In this document: in pieces, positions 59,997 through 64,000 of the stretch | Numbering within the stretch: the first letter of the stretch is position 1 | Layout of the letters: every line of letters starts with the position of its first letter | Source of the DNA: Dongiaceae bacterium | GTDB lineage: Bacteria > Pseudomonadota > Alphaproteobacteria > Dongiales > Dongiaceae | DNA length: 64,000 nt | Assembly (NCBI GenBank): GCA_040881945.1 | Contig: JBBECF010000157.1 | Span: forward strand, 13,301 to 77,300 | Direction: 5' to 3' | The notes under the pieces: generated by a model | The model's database searches: none | What the model saw: only the letters and a program-made list of their open reading frames with translations | What the model was told of the DNA's origin: nothing | Position numbers and translations under genes: made by a program

Positions 59997-60923
59997 TCAG
60001 CCCTGCGCCGCGCCGGCGCCGAGGCGTCGACGCAGCGCGGCGCCGGTCGGGCCGTACACCTCGGGCCAGAACAGCGGGTCGAACAGGCCGCACAGCAACC
60101 CGATCTCGCGCGACGACGGTTCGGTCTCGCCGTCCAGCCAGCCGCGCACCGTTTCGGGAGTCACGCCGACCGCCGCCGCCAACTGCTTCACCCCCGGGCC
60201 GCCGCCGGGCGCGAGACGGCGGCGCAGCGCCGTCGCCAGCCGGGCCCGGTGGGCGGCGCGGTCGAGCTCGTGCGCGTCCGCCGTCGCCACCGCGCCCGGC
60301 GCCGCGTGGACGGGCCGCGGAAACTCGTTCGGGAACAGGCCGCTCAGGAACAGCCGGCAGGTGCGCTTGGCCGTTTCGCGGTCGAAATCACGGGGATCGA
60401 TCAGGAAGTCGAGCCAGAAGCCGTCGATCATGGCGTTGAGGCCGGTGGCGACGGCGCCGGCGTCGATGCCCGCGTAACCGCCTTCGTCGATCAGCCGCTG
60501 GCACATCGCCCGAGTGGACTCGAAATACCTCGACTCCAGTTTCGAAACGAGCCGGCGATAGGGCGGCTGCGACTGCGCCTCGGCCCAGAAGGCGAACCAC
60601 ACCGACACCTTCTCGTGGGTGAAGATCGCCGGGTCGAAATCGGCATCGATCATGGCGTCGAGCGGCGCCGCCGGCGACTCGCCGGCCGCCGCGATCGCCT
60701 CTTTCCAGAACGCCTCGTATTCATCGGCGATCTGCTCGAGCGTGGCGATCAGGAGCTGTTCCTTGCTCTTGAAGTAGAAGTTGACGATGCCGGGCGACAG
60801 GCCGGCCTCGCCGGCGACGTGGGTCAGGGTCGTCCCGGCATAGCCGCGCCGGCCGATCGACGTCACCGTGGCGTCGATCAACTGCCGCTGCCGGGCCTCC
60901 TTGACGGCACTTGTCTTGCTCAT
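59997..60923 (-). CDS. TetR/AcrR family regulator (BetI-like C-domain) with an extra ~100-aa C-terminal extension containing a second HTH-like segment
   Basis: N-terminal HTH TLTHVAGEAGLSPGIVNFYFKSKEQL. The extension contains VKQLAAAVGVTPETVRGWLDGETEPS (Cro/XRE-like). Confidence 0.8.
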   Translation of the reverse strand: MSKTSAVKEARQRQLIDATVTSIGRRGYAGTTLTHVAGEAGLSPGIVNFYFKSKEQLLIATLEQIADEYEAFWKEAIAAAGESPAAPLDAMIDADFDPAIFTHEKVSVWFAFWAEAQSQPPYRRLVSKLESRYFESTRAMCQRLIDEGGYAGIDAGAVATGLNAMIDGFWLDFLIDPRDFDRETAKRTCRLFLSGLFPNEFPRPVHAAPGAVATADAHELDRAAHRARLATALRRRLAPGGGPGVKQLAAAVGVTPETVRGWLDGETEPSSREIGLLCGLFDPLFWPEVYGPTGAALRRRLGAGAAQG

Positions 60924-61107
60924 CCCTCGCCATCCTATTATCTTGAGGATATGGATTTATACATCAACGTAATATTTTGATATCATTAGATTTATTTAAC
61001 ATATGTCGTTAAACGTCCATTCAGTCAACTGGACAACACCGGGGCCATATGGTAGTCATACTATACACGCATTCAAAAACAGCGATCGGAGAATCACGGG
61101 TGCCGTC

Positions 61108-62442
61108 ATGAGTCGAACCTTGGAGAAATCGAACCGCCATTTCCATAACGCCATCCGCCGCCTGCCCCTCGGCGTCAGCTCCAATTTCCGCTATTGGGGA
61201 GACGAGCGCACCGTCTATGTCAAGCGTGGGCGCGGCGCCCGTGTCTGGGACCTCGACGACAACGCCTATATCGACTACCGGCTCGGCTACGGGCCGGTGA
61301 TTCTCGGCCACTGCCACGCGCAAGTCGATGCGGCGGCGCGCGAGGGCCAGGCCATCGGCACCGTCTTCGCCCTCGGCACCGAGCGCGAGTTGGCCGTCGC
61401 CGAGCTGATCCACGACATGGTGCCGGCGGCCGAGCTCGTCCGCTTCTCGAACTCCGGCACCGAGGCGGTGATGGCCGCCTTGCGCCTGGCCCGGGCGGCC
61501 ACCGGCAAGGACAATTACGTCATCTTCGAAGGGTCCTATCACGGCCTGTTCGACGCCACCATGTGGTGGGCCGATGTCGCCAACCTGAAGGACCCCGACC
61601 AGGACCCCGAGATCGTCAGCCTCGGCAAGGGCATTCCGGACCTGATCCGGCAGCTCTTCTGGCAGGTGCCGTACAACGACGCCGACCGGCTCGAGAGCCT
61701 GTTCCGGCGCCACGCCGACCGCATCGCCGCCGTGCTGATCGAGCCGATCCTCGGCAATTGCTGCGGCATCCCGTCGCGCCCCGACTTCATCCGCGCCGTG
61801 CGCGAGCTGTGCGACCGCCACGGCGTGTTGATGATCGTCGACGAGGTCAAGACCGGCTTCCGCGTCGCCAAGGGCGGCGCACAGGAGCTCTACGGCGTCG
61901 CCGCCGACATCTGCACGATGGCGAAAGCGATGGGCAACGGCTACCCGATCGCCGCCGTCGCCGGGCGCGAGGAGTTTATGCGGCTGTTCGGCAAGGGCGT
62001 CGCCCATGGCGGCACCTACACCGCCCAGTCCATGAGTCTCGCCGCCGCCGAGAAGACGCTGCAGATCCTGCGCGACACGACCGCCCTTGCCGACATCGCC
62101 CTGTACGGCAAGGCGATGCAGGCGGGCATGAGTCGCATCCTCGATGCAAGCGGCGTCGCGCACAGCTTCAGCGGCCATCCGAGCATGGCCGGCCTGTTTT
62201 TCCGCGAGACGGCGCCGACCAATTACCGCGACTGGCGGCTCAGCGACTACACGTTCTACGACGCGCTGGCCCGCAACCTGATCGATCGCGGCGTCATGTG
62301 CGAACCCGACTCGCGCGAGCCCTGGTTCATCTCGGCGGCGCACGACCGCTCCTGCCTCGAGGAGACGCTCGGCGTCTTCGAAGAGGCGCTCGACGCGACC
62401 CTGGACCGGGCGGCGCGGCCGCGCGGCCAAGCGGCGGAGTGA
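61108..62442 (+). CDS. Class III aminotransferase (glutamate-1-semialdehyde aminomutase-like)
   Basis: YIDYRLGYGPVILGH, FSNSGTEAVMAALRLAR, DEVKTGFR (PLP Lys) and GGTYTAQ. Start at the internal ATG 61108. The upstream part of the track ORF lies in AT-rich promoter DNA. Confidence 0.85.
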   Translation: MSRTLEKSNRHFHNAIRRLPLGVSSNFRYWGDERTVYVKRGRGARVWDLDDNAYIDYRLGYGPVILGHCHAQVDAAAREGQAIGTVFALGTERELAVAELIHDMVPAAELVRFSNSGTEAVMAALRLARAATGKDNYVIFEGSYHGLFDATMWWADVANLKDPDQDPEIVSLGKGIPDLIRQLFWQVPYNDADRLESLFRRHADRIAAVLIEPILGNCCGIPSRPDFIRAVRELCDRHGVLMIVDEVKTGFRVAKGGAQELYGVAADICTMAKAMGNGYPIAAVAGREEFMRLFGKGVAHGGTYTAQSMSLAAAEKTLQILRDTTALADIALYGKAMQAGMSRILDASGVAHSFSGHPSMAGLFFRETAPTNYRDWRLSDYTFYDALARNLIDRGVMCEPDSREPWFISAAHDRSCLEETLGVFEEALDATLDRAARPRGQAAE

Positions 62443-62452
62443 CGGCACGGCC

Positions 62453-62550
62453 CCCCTCACCCCACCCTCTCCCCCCGCTTGCGGGGGGAGAGGCATACGA
62501 AGGGTTGGGCGCGGCCTCGGCCCGCGCCCTACCCGGAGTTGGGTGAGGGG
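62453..62550. repeat. 98-nt composite nested palindrome (outer CCCCTCACCC/GGGTGAGGGG enclosing two GC hairpins)
   Basis: Inner hairpin 1 is CTCTCCCCCCGC-tt-GCGGGGGGAGAG (62467-62492). Inner hairpin 2 is GGGCGCGGCC-tc-GGCCCGCGCCC (62507-62529). The element begins 11 nt after the aminotransferase stop. Confidence 0.85.
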
Positions 62551-62570
62551 AGGCGCCAACGCCGGCCATA

Positions 62571-62631
62571 TCCCGCGAGACGGCGAAAAAGTGAACGACG
62601 AACCCCATACGCAGCGGGAAGTCTCGCGGGA
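62571..62631. repeat. Palindromic repeat copy A (TCCCGCGAGAC ... GTCTCGCGGGA, core CCCCATACGCAGCGGGAAGTCTCGCGGGAGA)
   Basis: 11-bp perfect inverted arms with a 39-nt spacer. It is about 70% identical by eye to copy B, which lies 167 nt downstream. Confidence 0.7.
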
Positions 62632-62737
62632 GAAGGGGGGCGTCCCCTGGGAGAAACGCCACCTTCGGGCGCCGAGCGGATCGAGTCCGGCGATGGGCTT
62701 CGGTCCACTCCGCAGGCGGTTGCACGTCCGTAGCCGC

Positions 62738-62796
62738 TCCGGCGAGACCTCGAATCCGAGCGATGCACCCCATGTCCAGCGGGAAATCCCGCGGGA
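62738..62796. repeat. Palindromic repeat copy B (TCCGGCGAGAC ... ATCCCGCGGGA, core CCCCATGTCCAGCGGGAAATCCCGCGGGAGA)
   Basis: Aligned by eye to copy A. It contains the 10-bp palindrome TCCCGCGGGA. Confidence 0.65.
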
Positions 62797-63069
62797 GACG
62801 CGGGCCGACTCCGCGGGACAAGGGCCGTCTCGACCGTCGTAGGGGCGAGGTTCAAACTCGTCCCGACCGTTTCGATCGTGCGAGTCGAATCGGCGCCCGA
62901 GCGGCGCCGCACTCCGGGGCTACCCTCCGGCGGGCCACCGCATCGAGACCACGGGCGCATCGCCCCCGGCCGGCAAGAGCCAGCAGACCGAATGGCGGTC
63001 CTTCCGGCCGGATCCTCTGTTCACGATGCCAAACAACGACCCCCGGGGCTTGACGGGGGCAAGCGCCAC

Positions 63070-63098
63070 TTGACGCCAACCCATTGTAGGACTATCCT
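63070..63098 (+). promoter_or_regulatory. Candidate sigma70-like promoter TTGACG-17 nt-TATCCT facing the exonuclease gene
   Basis: It would give a leader of about 210 nt. A second TTGACG lies 21 nt upstream. Confidence 0.3.
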
Positions 63099-63279
63099 CC
63101 TACCGAGATCAAGAGCCCGGAAGACGCAGGGCGCGATCCGCTTTCCGCCTCACCCGGCTGTAAATTCGCGCGCAATAGTGACCCCCTGGGGGGAAAATGG
63201 GGATGAGTCCAATTTCGTGGCTCCAACGGTCGGCTTCTGGTCGCTCTCGGGGAACGAAACGGGGAAATAAGTAAACTGT

Positions 63280-63301
63280 CACCGTTTTCACACCGTTTTC
63301 A
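63280..63301 (+). repeat. Tandem direct repeat CACCGTTTTCA x2
   Basis: Two perfect adjacent 11-mers ending 12 nt before the ATG at 63314, next to the AAGGTG SD. Confidence 0.85.
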
Positions 63302-63313
63302 AGGTGCTAACTG

Positions 63314-64000
63314 ATGTCACTTTCCCCGATCGCCGGTCCAATAGCCGTAATCGATGTGGAAACGACGGGCTTATTCCCGTTTCGCCACGACCGCGTGGTC
63401 GAAGTGGCTGCCGTTATTGTGCAGGCTGACGGGCGTATTGGACGCGAGTTCGTATCGCTGGTGAATCCAGTGCGGGACATCGGGCCGAGCAGCATCCACG
63501 GTTTGACCTCGGAAGATATTCTCCACGCTCCGCGGTTCGCAGACATCGCGGCGCAGCTATTGGACGTGCTGAGCGGCACGGTGGCAATAGCCGCTCACAA
63601 CGTTCGCTTCGACCGCCAGTTCTTGGAGAGCGAGTTCTCGCGGCTAGGTTACCAGTTACCAGACTGCTTCAGCATTTGCACAATGCAGTTGGCGGGAGGC
63701 GGAAAACTAACGGACTGTTGCCGTGACTATGGAATCTCACTAAAAGGCGAAGCCCATCATGCCCTCGCCGATGCCCGTGCCGCCGCTCGGCTGCTGATCT
63801 GCCTTCTCTCTGACCAATCCCAAACTGTTAAGGAGCTTCGCCAGGTTACGCCAATTCAATGGCCAGCTATTCCAAATATAGGGAAGCAACCAGTAACGCG
63901 TGATGAGTCCCGCCGTCGCCAAACGGAACCGCCCACATACCTACAACGTCTTCTCGGACGAATGCACGACCGCGCCCTGCCCGCGGCCGTCGACGGCGCA
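63314..64000 (+). CDS. DEDDh (DnaQ/epsilon-like) 3'-5' exonuclease domain protein with C-terminal extension; 3' end beyond the window
   Basis: Own translation: MSLSPIAGPIAVIDVETTG (ExoI), IAAHNVRFDRQFL (ExoII) and HHALADARAAARLL (ExoIII, His type). It then continues QWPAIPNIGKQPVTRDESRRRQTEPPTYLQRLL... AAGGTG SD lies 8 nt upstream. It is absent from the ORF track because it runs off the edge. Confidence 0.8.
   Translation, partial: MSLSPIAGPIAVIDVETTGLFPFRHDRVVEVAAVIVQADGRIGREFVSLVNPVRDIGPSSIHGLTSEDILHAPRFADIAAQLLDVLSGTVAIAAHNVRFDRQFLESEFSRLGYQLPDCFSICTMQLAGGGKLTDCCRDYGISLKGEAHHALADARAAARLLICLLSDQSQTVKELRQVTPIQWPAIPNIGKQPVTRDESRRRQTEPPTYLQRLLGRMHDRALPAAVDGA

Noticed and set aside
61003-61107. 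N-terminal 35-codon extension of the class-III aminotransferase ORF (start at 61003)
   Set aside because: The extension lies in ~33% GC promoter DNA and encodes nothing family-like. Homology begins at MSRTLEKSN from the ATG at 61108.
62842-63234. Possible permuted two-piece tmRNA (T-arm-like hairpin at 62842-62864 plus CCGACCG, with a complementary CGGTCGG at about 63230)
   Set aside because: No CCA follows the putative 3' acceptor strand, and the two acceptor halves are about 360 nt apart, far more than the short intervening segment of permuted ssrA. I also could not find an ANDN...AA-type tag reading frame. The loop has G rather than T at the T54 position.
62479-63270. Track ORFs of 84, 99, 143, 164 and 130 aa inside the 870-bp gap
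   Set aside because: Their translations are Arg/Pro/Gly-rich and simply re-read the palindromic repeats on both strands (for example PRDFPL.MG twice). There is no SD or start context.

Overview
High-GC (roughly 68-72% by hand-sampled lines) alphaproteobacterial chromosomal window, mostly conserved housekeeping genes on the minus strand. In order: dnaE (5' part), an OmpA-like protein, a lower-GC pqqA-pqqD-pqqE cassette, a membrane protein, a SerC-fold aminotransferase and an M48 peptidase. Then an integrase-arm remnant, a methyltransferase, lolDC, proS, tag, mce, rnj, coaX, birA and a complete contiguous nuoN-nuoA operon. This is followed by tRNA-Asp, tRNA-Val, hupB-lon-clpX-clpP-tig, tRNA-Leu, an E1-like ThDP enzyme, nnr, an HpcH aldolase, a Sel1/SPOR protein and tRNA-His. 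The right part holds an aminotransferase, glnB-glnA, parE, a DEAD-box helicase, an NDP-forming acyl-CoA synthetase with a TetR regulator, and a class-III aminotransferase. The window ends with about 870 bp of gene-free, repeat-dense DNA and a lower-GC DEDDh exonuclease gene that runs off the right edge. No CRISPR array, rRNA or intact mobile element was seen. The genome-encoded G-1 on tRNA-His suggests a lineage outside the Rhizobiales/Rhodobacterales/Caulobacterales group, for example Rhodospirillales. The best candidate for something new is the pqq locus. A textbook PqqA peptide, PqqD and PqqE are present, but pqqB and pqqC are not in the locus. Instead the cassette is followed by genes linked by overlapping start/stop codons: a possible 32-aa membrane peptide, a His-motif membrane protein, a SerC-like aminotransferase that has lost the phosphate-binding SHR/HR residues, and a Ste24-like M48 protease. 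Secondary leads are an orphan plus-strand intrinsic terminator (candidate sRNA) at about 14.4 kb, a family of AAAAGGGGAC-cored palindromes at 55.3 and 57.6 kb, and the repeat-rich putative island boundary at 62.4-64.0 kb. Many long ORFs in the supplied track are antisense shadows typical of high-GC DNA and were not called.
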